Source: Carcharhinus amblyrhynchos
Taxonomy: Eukaryota
Assembly: GCA_965287045.1 (NCBI GenBank)
Contig: OZ336880.1
Span: 64,294,001 to 64,358,000 of the forward strand
Direction: 5' to 3'
Length of the DNA stretch: 64,000 nucleotides
The position numbers and the translations under genes are program-made. This document shows, piece after piece, positions 23,276 through 35,434 of this stretch. Each line of letters begins with the position of its first letter. The first letter of the stretch is position 1. The notes beneath the pieces are model-generated. The model ran no database searches, was not told the DNA's origin, and worked only from the letters and a program-made list of their open reading frames with translations.

Positions 23276-25869
23276 GCTGTGTAATTTGAGCAAATGAGGA
23301 AAATCCCACTGTAACCAGGTTTCCACCTCAAGTTCATGACTCTCCACTGTCCACTTCCCCCAAATCTATGGAATAGAAATCAGGCTTTTGTGCTTTCACC
23401 AAGCCCAAGAACTTTCAAATTGTTATTTTCAGCCTCACTAGAATCACTTGCCTGTTTAATTAAGCTGGAGAACAGTGGGGAGTGGGGAATGGGGTGATGA
23501 ATGGTAAAAGAAGGAAAGGCAATCTCTGAAAATCAACTTGATTTGCAGTGTAAAGCAGAAATACCTTATATCTCCATTGACCCTTGTAAGAGTGATAACC
23601 TTCTCTTGTTCCTATCTCTCTGCCGACTTCAGTCGATGTAACAAATGTAACACAATTACTAGAACCGTTGTTGTACTTAATAGCACTACGTACTGATAAT
23701 TAAATTTTACGGCTAATTGGAGCAGCTCAGAAAGTTTTCACACTAATGTCTTAGAGTTGCTTTATTAGCAGCATTACTACAAAAAAAATTGGAAGAGTTA
23801 TTCATCATAAAGCTGGTGTGATTTGAATAGTGCAAAAACTTTTGATGCTTAGTGGGCACAACATAAAATGTTTTCCTGTTTCAGCCAAAAACTCATGTAG
23901 CATAGGAAAAGCGTTTGATGACGCCAACTTCATTACACGTTACCACAATGTCAATTTTTTTCTCAGCAGGATAGTTACCAGGTTGATTAATTGATAATAG
24001 TGTTGATATTTTCTCCAATTACCTATGTTTCTATAAAAGGGGTGAAAGAGTAATGGTTAATTAATGACCAATGACTCCTATTTTAAAATGTGTTAATTAT
24101 TTAATGCATGCAGGATATTAGATGAAAGGTGATTACATGGTTGAGAGGTTAGCAATATAGATGATATTTTGTCATTATAAAATTGAATACGAATTGTTAT
24201 GAAAATAATTAAGAACAACTTGCACTGCCAATGTGGGCACCTGAATTAATTTCCAATTAATCCTTACAACATTAGTCAAACAAATTTTATTTTAACTGTG
24301 TAAAATCCATTATTTGGTTGGGCAAGAAGTATTAATCATATTCAAGTTGGTGTTATTTCAGTAAAGTGACACTGACATGAGAGGAAAAACAACATCCCTA
24401 GAATAATTAACACATTGAGAACAATTATTATTGAAGCTCCAGAAGTCCTGATGAAATAGTGGACTGTCACACCAGCAGGCTTGCTTCTCTCCATCAGTCA
24501 ACAAACGCAACAAAATCTTAACTTTTAAAGTCTTTGCTGAACATGTTACATTAGAGTTGAAATTGTATTCGCAGTAGGTTACTGATAGCTATCTGAAAAA
24601 GGTCATATTGAAAGAATGGTTACGATTTTGACTACTGTCATTCTTGGCTGAGGAGAAAAAGGCCTGTGGCCCAATTCATTTAAGTTGGTTACCAACATTG
24701 CTCCTGATTGTTCCAGCTGGGATCAAAACTTTACATCAGGATGTAACTTGCAAAATTACATTGTACAATGTTGTTTTGCAGCCAATGTGCTTTCATATTC
24801 ACAAAAAATGTCAACCTACTCATTACATTGAAGCACACTTTTTGCCAAAATACTGTGGACAATATAATAGAATTTGTTTTAGAATAAGTATTGCAAACAA
24901 TTTCATAAGCAGAAGTTTGCAGTTGTATTTCATAAAGACAAGGAGTGAAAGACTGGGATCTAACACCCAAACACATGTTTGGGTGTTACCGAGTGTCCTT
25001 GGAACTCCAAAATGGTGGATCTAATTCTCCAAAAAAATGGCTGACAGCTCTGGTGGGAAATATGATGCGCTTCCACTGGGTCAGTCGATGTGATCCTGAT
25101 TGTAATCATCCCCCACATTATCATTTTTTTAAGCGGGGGGGGGGGGAAAGGGTGGGAATTCTTTGCAACATGAATGAGAGGGATGGAGCTAAAGATGCCA
25201 GCAAAGCCTGTCCCTCAGAGATCAGAGTGCTGTTTTTACAGAGTGTTCTGATCTCAGATTAACCTTTAAGGACCTCCTTCCCCAATTACCAGCATCAGTT
25301 CTCCCTACCATCCTCCTTCACTTAATTGTCAGCATCATCCATCTCCCTCCACCCCTCCCCCACTCCCCCCAATTGCTGGCATCAAATGCCCCCCTTAATT
25401 ACCAGCATAATTGAGAAACCACCACCCCCCCCATTTTTGGAATCAAAGGTGCCCCCCCCAGTGTGCCTATAGACCTCATGTCTTCTGCCCCACTCCTTCC
25501 ACCCCAGCCCATTCAGGCTACCCGCTCAGAATGAGGTCTTCCTGGCACAAATCACGTTATGGTGCCTCTTGAGAGAGTCTCCTGCCATAACATGATCTGT
25601 GCCTGCATAAGAGGAGCCAGCGAATTGCCCCCAATGTCTCTGGCACGGATGTGAACTGCACTGGACATCATATTTGTGCAAGCATTAGTGTGCATGGCTG
25701 ATTTTTTTTTGCCCGGCTGTTATTTCAATTCTACAAGTGTTCGCTGTTTTCTAAACTATTCAAGTTGCAAAAGACTATAGGGAGTGAAGGAATTTATGGT
25801 GACTTTACATTTTCTGCACAAAACATTTTCTCCCAGGTTCACAATAAGGTGTCCTCCTTGGAAATTACA

Positions 25870-26440
25870 TGACTTAGAGAATGAACAGAGGCCATCCAGA
25901 GCACGGCAAGTTACTGGAACACAGGGTTTTAAGGAAGCAATTATCCTCCTGAGCCTGATTAGGAATTCTGTTCTTCAGCATGAGTATCCTCACTGAAATC
26001 TGCACCTACTACAGTCACAATTGTAACCTTACAGTCGGATAAAGAAAACATTGCCAGCATCTGTAAAGGTGGCTGCAGCAACGTACTTTTATGCATCTTG
26101 TATATTCCAGGCCAGAGTTGGAGGTACATGCAATATCACGTAGTTTACCACCCACTGTTACATAAAGGAGATTACTAAGGCTCTCTGTTCAAAGAGATCA
26201 GCTTCCATTTAATCTGCTCATGCCAGAGGCAAGCAGATATAGTGAACATATAGCCTTGCGAAGACTATACACTTCCCATGGCGAGCAGTGCCAGGGGTTG
26301 CACATATGTCACCTCTGCCCTTCAATGAAAAAACTTTCAACCTCTCAACATCCAGTGGTGTGTAACCATAGGCAAAAAATCCGGGCAGCAGTTAATTCAC
26401 TGTCATTGTGTGTGCAGCCTACTGTACTAGAAACATTTTT
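25870..26440 (+). pseudogene. Decayed PIF/Harbinger transposase fragment
   Basis: Hand translation: LTEIC.LLQSQL, LPASVKVAAATYFYASCIFQARVGGTCNIT*FTTHCYIKEITKAL (motif PVAVKVTxALxFYAxGSFQ...ISQ...CIxEVTxAL), KNFQPLNIQ.VCNHRQKI. Confidence 0.8.
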
Positions 26441-26499
26441 GAGGTGGTCATTGCTAGATGTTTGTGTGGTCTGAATGTTACTTCCCAATTACTATTGTA

Positions 26500-27510
26500 A
26501 GCTTGAATACTGCCAAGGTCTTGCAGTATGCAGTTAGAGATTACTTCATTATAAACTGAACATCATGAATGCATTGGCCAACTTGACCTTATGAAGGAGG
26601 AATGGTGTTTCATGAAGCAGATGAAGTTGCTTGGGTTTAAGGCATTGCTGTAAGGATTCCTGCAGCAGTAATGAGCTTGAAGTGATTGGCTGCCAGCAAC
26701 ACAGCCATCTTCATTTGTGCCACGTGTGATGCCAGACAGTGGAGTGTGTTCCCTCTAATTTGCATTGATCTTAATTTTACTGGGAACTCCTTGTTGCCTT
26801 ACTTGGTCAAACACTGTCTTGATGTCAAAGATAGTCACTTATCCCACCTCAAAAGTTCAACTCTTTTGTTCATGCTTAGACCAAGTAATGGTCCAATGTA
26901 ATGCAGTCTGAAGTCAAGTGGCTCTGGGGAAACCAAACTGCGTGTTGGTGAGCAGATTATTGCTGAGTAAATGACATGCAATGGCTTCCATCATTTTGCT
27001 AATGAGAATAGGCTGATAACACAGTCATTGGTCATTTTGGATTTGTCCGATTTTTTGTGGACAGGAAATGTTTAGGCAATTTTCAGCTTTGAAAAGTAAA
27101 TGTCACTGTTGCTATATCTGTTCTGAATCTATCTCATTTAGAATGGTGGTGGTACCATGCAATACTATGGAAGGTATCCTCTGTGTGAAGTGGGACTTCG
27201 CACAGATTTGTGTGGTGGTCACTGCTATCAATACTACGATGGGCAGATATGTAGGAGGATTGGCAAGGATGAGGTCAAGCAGGTTTTTCTCTCACGGTGG
27301 CTCGCTTACCACTTAATCACAAGTCCAGCCTAATAGAAATATCCCCCTGATCTGGCTAGTTTGGTCTATAGTGGTGATGGTCCCCAGCCAGAGTACACTC
27401 TGTGCCCCTGCTGCACTCAGCGATTCCTCCGTGTAGTGCTCAAAATGGAGGAGAAATGTTTTCTTAACTGCAGACGGCCTTATGTAGCAATCAGCAGAAT
27501 ATTTCCTTGC
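26500..27510 (-). mobile_element. Old CR1/L2-clade LINE, degenerate endonuclease-RT
   Basis: Minus strand near 26560-26670 resembles GVPQGSxLxPxxFxxFxNDLP; ttgacatcaagacagtgtttgaccaagt is a DIKxxFD-type motif. Confidence 0.65.
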
Positions 27511-27756
27511 CCTTGCTACTACGATTGATAAGGCGAATAATATTATTATTTCACTTGGAGCTAGGCAACAGGGATTTTCTGATATTTATTCAAGTAATAA
27601 AATCAGCATTCAGAAATTGAAATAATGCTAAATCTCATCCACCTTAGTCATGGCTCTCAATTTCCACAAAGGGGAAATTGTTTTACCTTCTCCTTCTCTG
27701 AAGCAATTTTTTGGAAGTGTGGCGTTTTTCAATGAAAATCCTTCTTCCAAAGTGAG

Positions 27757-28033
27757 TGGCAGTGTGGCACAGTGGTTAGCACTGCTGCCTCAGACCGCGA
27801 GGAATTTGGGTTCGATTCCTGGCTTGGGTCACTGTCTGAGCGGAGTCTGCATATTCTCCCTGTATCTGCATGGATTTCTTCTGGGTGTTCCGATTTCCTC
27901 CCACAGTCCAAAGATGTGCTGATTAGGGTGCATTGGCCATGCTAAATTCTCCTTCAGTGTATCCGAACAGACACTGGAGTGTGGTGACTAGAGAATTTTC
28001 ACAGTAACTTCATTGCAGTGTTGATAGAAGCCT
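27757..28033 (+). mobile_element. tRNA-derived SINE, tail B, full length
   Basis: A-box tggcacagtgg, B-box ggttcgattcc, tail gcctacttgtgacatcaataaa. Confidence 0.9.
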
Positions 28034-29056
28034 ACTTGTGACATCAATAAATTTAAAAAAACTTCTCTTTAATTGCTGATTACTTTTTTAAATATTAAAA
28101 GCCTAAGGAGTTGGCTTAAAATAAGTTTCATCCTGAGCTTTACCAACATAAATTTTGTGTTATGTGTCTGCCACATCCAATGTTTGGCCATTTTCTGTCA
28201 CCTTGGAAACTGAGCAGTTCACTTGTTTAGAGGACTGCACCTCTTCCTCTGGGGAACAGCTATCAATTTGGTCATAACAGATGAGATGAATGCCTCTTCT
28301 CTCTTTTAGTTGTATTTTTTCTAAGTGAAATGTGCTTGGAAAGTCTCAAGTAAATCTCGAGGGAATATTGTCCAGAAAAAGGCCTGGAACAGGCTGATAC
28401 AATTTGCAAGGGTCATTGAGGTTAGTGGTAAAGTACATTTCTGGGGCTGGAGTAGAAGTAGATTTGCTCCCCTTTTGGCCCATACAATCCATAACTTGGG
28501 AACGTTTGATACTCAAATTAAATGAAAAAGTGGAAACTCTTGGAGTCTTAAATTGCTATCACTTGCCTTGATGACAGGGACGATCATCAGAGATTTCAAA
28601 TGATGCAGGAAGGAATTAAATGGCAGAAAATGTTCATTTGGATTTTCAATAAAACTAGCAGCAGTTAATTATCAGTCTTGGAACAGTTACATATTTTTCT
28701 AACACTTAAGATTCCATTAATTAGAGCCTACACAGGAAGCACACAGAATCTTTGGATAGCTCTAGATATTCGATTACAAGTGGGACACATATATTCCCAT
28801 GTTTACTATTTTTAGCAATAGCAAGCACATGTACATACTTGTTAGAAATACTGTTGAGAGAACATTTTCCTGCTATATTTATGATATTATTAGTACATAG
28901 CAACTCGAAGAAATTTTCACGCCAAATTTATTAAAAGACTGTTCATTATTTGTTAGGTGTTTGTGGTAGCATGAGCCCTTTAAGGGGGCGATCCCTGAGG
29001 GCCACGTGATTGGGCCGGACCCTGTGGAGTGTCAAGGTGGGAAGCTGAGCCAATTG

Positions 29057-29215
29057 AGTCCAAAGATGTGTAGGTTAAGGGGATTAGCCATGGAAAATTT
29101 CCGGGATTACAGGGATAGGAAGGAGTAGATGGCCTGGGTAAAATGCTGTGACAGAAAGTCAATGCAGACTTGATGGGCTGAATGACCTCTTCTGTACTGT
29201 AGGGATTCTATGAAT
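29057..29215 (+). mobile_element. HE1-like SINE 3' part, tail A
   Basis: gtccaaagatgtgtaggtta...ctgtagggattctatga. Confidence 0.75.
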
Positions 29216-30469
29216 CAAATGCAAGGTGGACAAGAGCAAATATTCTCTGATGCCATGGCTACGTGACTATTTTTTATGTCATGAGCAGCAAAACCAGGAT
29301 AACAGCAGTTCAAGAAGATGAACTTTTCGCAAGAGAACTCGAGGTGGCACTTTGATTGTCACGTTACTTGACTAATTGGTAACAGTGGGACAACACTTAC
29401 CATTATGGGAGGATTTGAAGCTTTACCCTAATTATCCCTATGTACTCCTGTCTTAAAAGATTCATGATTTTGGACTCCTGCCAACAATGAAAAACAGTTC
29501 CGTTTGATAGCCACTAATTCAATCTGAGATTAACTTTAGCTCAACAAGTGCATGCGCCTGAGTAAATTGTGAATTTTATTTTTAGCAAAGTTTTCCAAAT
29601 GAGAAGTAATAGAAGAATGACATGAGCCAAACATTTAACCATAGCCCACAGTGGAAAGGCTGGTCAGAAGCATTAAACATTGAAGAGTCCATCGTACAAA
29701 CCAAAGCAACTGCCAAGTGACTTTCAAGCTGCAGTGAGTGGTCATTACAGAGAAATGCCCCCAGACAACTGCAGAGCTAGTGAAAAAGGTCTTTATGGAG
29801 AAGAGATTTCGCCCCTACAATTAGTCTAAATTCCCCTCAATATTCCTGGAATTTGAAAAAAAAACACCAGGAATCCCCACCCCTGTCCTTCCTAGCGCCT
29901 GCCATACAAATCACAAATTCCTCAACAAATAGATGGATTGCCTCCTCTCACAACTGACCATTCCATACGGAGGCACACAGCAAAGTAAATCTCCCCATAA
30001 TAGTGGCTTATCAACTAATAGACATAACCACTGAGCAGTATTTCTCAGTCAACAGTGCCTATCAACCCAAAGCTCTCCTTCTTCCAACTGATCAGCAAGG
30101 TCATGTTTACAGATCAAACTACCAATCAACCTGAATCTCTCTCATCTGAGGAGAAATGCAGGATTGCATATCAGTGAAAAAAAGCTCTTAACACCACCCC
30201 CCGCCCCCTGCCCCATAATAATTCTCGACTCAAGATATTGATCTATCTTTGGTCCCCTGGTATTTCCATATCTCTCACAAAACGGAAGCAGTCACATTGA
30301 ATCAGCAAACTTGCTTCTCATTGAACTCCAGCTCAGACAGTGAGCCACCAGCCAACATTTAACATTTCCCCCTCCACCCCACCCCCAGCCAGCTGAGCAG
30401 AGATTACAGTATCTGACAGCAAGCAATCCACCCACTCCCCTGGCATTGATACATTTAGTCAGTGAGGGA

Positions 30470-31866
30470 GGAGTATGAACGACTCCGAATGTGGAAGATG
30501 GTTAGTGAGATGGGAGTTCATAAGGCGGTGGAACTAATGTTCAGTGAGAGAGATTCTGATAATGCCCAATGGGGAAGTGAGAAAGGTGAAATAGTGGTTG
30601 TCTGCTGTTGTGGGGTGAGTGTTAACTCTGTGGCAGTCTAGAGAGGGGACAATTGAGGAGCAGGGTGTTGTTGGTCAAATGTTGGTCAGCTCCGAGAAAG
30701 GGTTTAGTCGTTGTTCTCCATGGCAGCGCTTCGGCAGACATTCAGGGTTACAAACTCTCATTACTTTGTTTTCTTTGCTTTTATTTGGGATCACTTCCTT
30801 TACTGGCTGACCTCTCTACTTTGCTGCATGGCTGCTGGAGTTAACAGCGGCATGGAGACATCGATGTCAGGGATATGAGAGTTTCAGCCATGATGGTGGA
30901 GTGGCAGGGGAATTGCAAGTTCCTTAGATACACCACCAATTGTTTACTGCAGAGCTACAATAAGGCTCTGAGAAACCACTTAATATTAGACCATGGAAAG
31001 CTTTACCTTGCCACTAGCTCTCCTGACTCTTTTACTGTTAGTACGCTTTCAGACTCTTTGTCTGTCATCCAGTTATTGATGAGCAAAAATCTCCTGTATT
31101 GTTAAGTACTGAGAAGACCAAAGCCATTGCATTCAGTTCCCATGACAAACTCCATTCCCGAGCTACCACCTTAACTTGTTTCCTTGGCAATTGCGGAACT
31201 AGACCATTTGTAAATTTGGGGTCTGTCATTTTTAATCTTGAGATGAATTTGAGCCAATTATCTGAGCCATCACTAAGATCAGCTATTACCACCTCCATAA
31301 CATCAGCTCTGCTCTTGCCTCAGCTCATCTGCTGCTCAAATCCTCATTACCCTTTGTTACCTTTTGACTTGGGCTACACCAATCTAGCCTCGGCTGGTCT
31401 TCCACATTTTACCCCTCCTAATCTTGAGGTCATCCAAAACTCTGTTGCCTGCATCCTTACTTGTACTAAATCAGGATCATCAATCACCCTGTGCTCGCTG
31501 TCATAAATTGGCTCCTGGACAAGTAATGATTTTTTATTCAAGCCCGTCATACCGCCTTACCTTTCCTACCTGGGCAATCTCCAGTTCCACAATCCTCTGA
31601 CCTATTTGCAAGTCTTTTGAGCATCCCTGATTTCCTTTGCCCCACCCATAGCTGCTGCACTTTCAGCTCTTGAATTCCCTCTTTAAACTTCCCCATGTCT
31701 CCTCTCTCCCTCTTTTCAATCTAATCTCCTTGATCCAAATGTTGGTCAGCTGCCCTAGTATCTATTTATATCGCTTAATGTTGCATCTTATTTTACACTG
31801 GTCCTGTGAAGCACCTTGGGGTATTTTATTACTTAAAAGGTGCCAAATGAATAAAGTTCTTGTTGT
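30470..31866. mobile_element. L2-type LINE remnants (inverted 5' piece, forward 3' piece 31060-31866)
   Basis: ORF 31099+: EKTKAIAF, NLGSVIF, LEVIQNSVACILT (L2 motif LQxIQNxAARxLT); tail tgtgaagcaccttgg...aataaagtt.ttgttgt. Confidence 0.7.
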
Positions 31867-31954
31867 AAGCGTGGATGACTGAGATGGGAAGGCCCACACT
31901 TGATTTCTTAAAAAATGTTTTAAATGAGTGTCAAAAAAAAATGCAGTTGCACAA

Positions 31955-32110
31955 ATCATAGAATCCTACAGTGCAGAAGGAGACCATTTGGCCCATCACA
32001 TCAGTGCCCAACCACAATCTCACTCAGGTCCTATCCCCATAACCTCATGCATTGATCCTAGATAGTCCCCCTGACACTAAGGGGCAATTTAGCATGGCCA
32101 ATCCACCTAA
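31955..32110 (-). mobile_element. HE1-like SINE 3' part, tail A
   Basis: atcatagaatcctacagtgcagaagg...caatttagcatggccaatccacctaa. Confidence 0.8.
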
Positions 32111-32519
32111 TTTAACAAATACAACAGGAAGAGTGAAGGAAGCTTACACAAGGTGAGAAGAAAATGGTGAAATTTTGGAGAGGGTTCACAAACTTGGGCT
32201 GAAATTCAACAAGTGGCCATTATGTGAAAATGCAGCTTGACAAGTTTGCATGGGCAAAATCAATCATAAATGGAAACATGATTAAAATAAAATGGAAGCA
32301 GAAAGGAACACGGTTCTATATCAATCAAATTTTCATTTCTTTATCATTAAATGAAATGCCCTTTGGACTCCTTAGTCTCAAGTTTCACAAATCATGTTCA
32401 ATAAAATCTCAATGGTTAAGAATGCTGATACTTAGAACATAGAACATAGAACACTACAGCACAAACAGGCCCTTCGGCCCACAAGTTGCGCCGACCACAT
32501 CACCTACCAACCTACAGGC

Positions 32520-35429
32520 CTATCTATAACCCTCAATCTCATTAAACCCCATATACTCATCCAGAAGTCTTTTAAAAGACCCCAGCGAGTTCGCCTCCAC
32601 CACCACTGACGGCAGCCGATTCCATTCACTCACCACCCTCTGAGTGAAAAACTTACCCCTAACATCACTTCTGAACCTCCCTCCCCGCACCTTAAATCTG
32701 TGTCCTCTCGTAGCGACCATTTCAAACCGGGGAAATAGCCTCTGAGAGTCCACCCTATCTATTCCTCTCAACATTTTGTAAACTTCTATCAGGTCGCCTC
32801 TCAACCTTCGTCTCTCCAGGGAAAAGAGTCCCAGCTCCCTCAACCTAACTTCATAAGGCATGCCTCCCAGTCCAGGCAACATCCTTGTAAATCTCCTCTG
32901 CACCCTTTCAATAGCTTCTACATCTTTCCTATAGTGAGGCGACCAGAACTGCGCACAATACTCCAAATGAGGCCTGACAAGGGTCTTATAAAGTTCCAGC
33001 ATTACCTCCCGACTCCTAAACTCAATCCCTCGATTAATGAAGGCCAGTACACCAAACGCCTTCTTGACCACCTCCTCCACCTGCGAGGCCGATTTAAGAG
33101 TCCTGTGGACCCGGACCCCAAGATCCTTCTGCTCCTCAACACTACTCAGACTTCTGCCCTTAATAGTGTACTCGTTCATCCCGTTGGTTCTGCCAAAATG
33201 GACGACAACACATTTATCCGCGTTGAAGTCCATCTGCCACTTCTCCGCCCAGTCCTGCATCCTATCTATGTCCTGCTGCAACTTTTGCCATCCTTCCAGA
33301 TCATCCACAACACCACCGACCTTCGTGTCATCAGCGAACTTACTTACCCATCCCTCCACTTCCTCATCCAGGTCATTTATGAACATGACAAACAACAAGG
33401 GTCCCAGAACAGATCCTTGAGGCACTCCGCTGGTGACTGACCTCCATTCAGAAAAAGCCCCATCCACAACCACTCTCTGCCTTCTGCAGGCAAGCCAGTT
33501 CTGGATCCACAAGGCCAAAGGCCCTTGGATCCCATGCCCTCTCACCTTCTCAAGAAGTCTTGCATGGGGGACCTTAGCAAACGCCTTGCTGAAGTCCATG
33601 TACACTACGTCCACGGCACTTCCTTCGTCAATGTGTTCAGTCACATTATCGAAGAACTCAACTAGGCTTGTAAGGCACGACCTGCCTTTGACAAATCCAT
33701 GCTGACTATTCCTGATCATGTCAAACCTCTCCAAATGTTCGTAAATCTTGTCCCTCAGAAGCCTCTCCATCAGCTTACCAACCACTGAGGTCAGACTCAC
33801 CGGTCGGTAATTTCCCGGGCTATCTCTGTTCCCTTTCTTAAAAATAGGAACTACATCCGCAATCCTCCAATCCTCTGGAACCTCTCCCGTCTCCATTGAC
33901 GACGCAAAGATCATCGCCAGGGGTTCTGCAATCTCTTCCCTCGCCTCCCACAGTATCCTGGGGTACATCCCATCTGGTCCCGGCGACTTATCTACCTTGA
34001 TAGAATTCAAAAGTTCCAACACATCCTCCTCCTTAATATTCACGTACTCAATCCTTTCCATCTGCTGCAAATCCATAACAAAATCTCCCAGATCGGCTTC
34101 CACCGTGAATACTGAGGCGAAGTACTCGTTAAGCACCTCCGCCATTTCTTCTGGTTCCACACAAACCTTTCCCCCCTCACCTTTTATCGGTCCTATCCCT
34201 TCTCTTCTTATCCTTTTACCTTTCACATATTTATAGAAGGCCTTGGGATTCTCCTTAATCTTACTCGCCAAGGTCTTCTCATGACCCCTTCTGGCTCTCC
34301 TAATTTCCCTTTTAAGTTCCCTCCTACAGTCCTTATACTCCTCAAGATCTTTAACATCTCCTAATTCCCTGAACCTCTTGTACACCTTCCTTTTCTTCCT
34401 GACTAGGTTCAACACATCCTTTGTGCACCACGGTTCCCTCGACCCACCAAAACCCCCTCGTCTCATCGGAACGTTGTCATTCAGAGCTCCAGACACACAT
34501 TCCTTGAATATCTGCCACCTTCCTTCGGTACTTTTCCCTAAGAACGCCTCCTTCCAGTTTATTTGTCCAGGTAACTTCCTGACTTCTTCGTATCTCCCCT
34601 TACCCCAGACAAACACCTTCCTAGCCTGCCTGATCCTATCTCGTTCCAACGCAATTGTGAAGGAGATAGAATTATGGTCACCATATCCAAGATGCTCTCC
34701 TACCGAAAGATCCGTCACCTGCCCTGGTTCATTCGCCAGTACCAGGTCAAGTACAGCCTCTCCCCTCGTAGGCTTGTCCACATACTGCGTCAGGAAACCC
34801 TCCTGAACACACCTAACAAACTCCTCCCCATCTATACCCCTTACCCTAGGGATATTCCAGTCGATGTTTGGGAAATTGAAGTCTCCCATCACGACAACTC
34901 TGTTATTAAAACATCTCTCCAGAATCTGTTTCCCTATTTGCACTTCAACTTCCCTGTCACTATTGGGCGGCCTATAGATTACACCCAGCAAAGTTTTTGA
35001 CCCTTTGCTGTTCCTAACTTCCACCCACAGAGATTCTGTAGACAATCCCTCCACGACATCCTCTTTCTCTGTAGCCATGACACTATCCCTGATCAACAGT
35101 GCCACGCCACCACCCCTTCTGCCACCCTCCCTGTCCTTCCTGAAGCACCTGAAGCCTGGCACCTGAAGTACCCAGTCCTGTCCCTGAGACATCCAAGTCT
35201 CCGTAATGGCCACCACATCACAATCCCAAACAGCTATCCACGCCCTAAGCTCATCTACCTTATTCACTATACTCCTTGCATTAAAATATATACACTTCAG
35301 CCCCTCAGTCTGGGCATTTCCCATCTCCACCACCTGTCTAACCTCCCTCGCATACTGCCTGCGGTCCTCCCCTACCTGGGAGCGAACCTCCTCCGTCCCA
35401 GTTTCCCCAACACAGTTCCCTCCCCCCAT
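32520..35429 (-). CDS. CR1 ORF2: APE endonuclease + reverse transcriptase (969 aa)
   Basis: YFNARS, ITETW, YRPP, GDFN, DH endonuclease motifs; YRPVSLTS, QHGF, GVPQGSVLGP, FADD RT motifs; uninterrupted. Confidence 0.97.
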   Translation of the reverse strand: MGGGNCVGETGTEEVRSQVGEDRRQYAREVRQVVEMGNAQTEGLKCIYFNARSIVNKVDELRAWIAVWDCDVVAITETWMSQGQDWVLQVPGFRCFRKDREGGRRGGGVALLIRDSVMATEKEDVVEGLSTESLWVEVRNSKGSKTLLGVIYRPPNSDREVEVQIGKQILERCFNNRVVVMGDFNFPNIDWNIPRVRGIDGEEFVRCVQEGFLTQYVDKPTRGEAVLDLVLANEPGQVTDLSVGEHLGYGDHNSISFTIALERDRIRQARKVFVWGKGRYEEVRKLPGQINWKEAFLGKSTEGRWQIFKECVSGALNDNVPMRRGGFGGSREPWCTKDVLNLVRKKRKVYKRFRELGDVKDLEEYKDCRRELKREIRRARRGHEKTLASKIKENPKAFYKYVKGKRIRREGIGPIKGEGGKVCVEPEEMAEVLNEYFASVFTVEADLGDFVMDLQQMERIEYVNIKEEDVLELLNSIKVDKSPGPDGMYPRILWEAREEIAEPLAMIFASSMETGEVPEDWRIADVVPIFKKGNRDSPGNYRPVSLTSVVGKLMERLLRDKIYEHLERFDMIRNSQHGFVKGRSCLTSLVEFFDNVTEHIDEGSAVDVVYMDFSKAFAKVPHARLLEKVRGHGIQGPLALWIQNWLACRRQRVVVDGAFSEWRSVTSGVPQGSVLGPLLFVMFINDLDEEVEGWVSKFADDTKVGGVVDDLEGWQKLQQDIDRMQDWAEKWQMDFNADKCVVVHFGRTNGMNEYTIKGRSLSSVEEQKDLGVRVHRTLKSASQVEEVVKKAFGVLAFINRGIEFRSREVMLELYKTLVRPHLEYCAQFWSPHYRKDVEAIERVQRRFTRMLPGLGGMPYEVRLRELGLFSLERRRLRGDLIEVYKMLRGIDRVDSQRLFPRFEMVATRGHRFKVRGGRFRSDVRGKFFTQRVVSEWNRLPSVVVEANSLGSFKRLLDEYMGFNEIEGYR

Positions 35430-35434
35430 CCTTT

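Noticed and set aside
27757-27825. tRNA gene calls at SINE heads
   Set aside because: A/B boxes are present but no cloverleaf or terminator; they continue into SINE bodies.
28962-29056. LTR-like start (tgtggtag...ccctttaaggggg)
   Set aside because: Under 100 bp with no matching end or second copy in the window.
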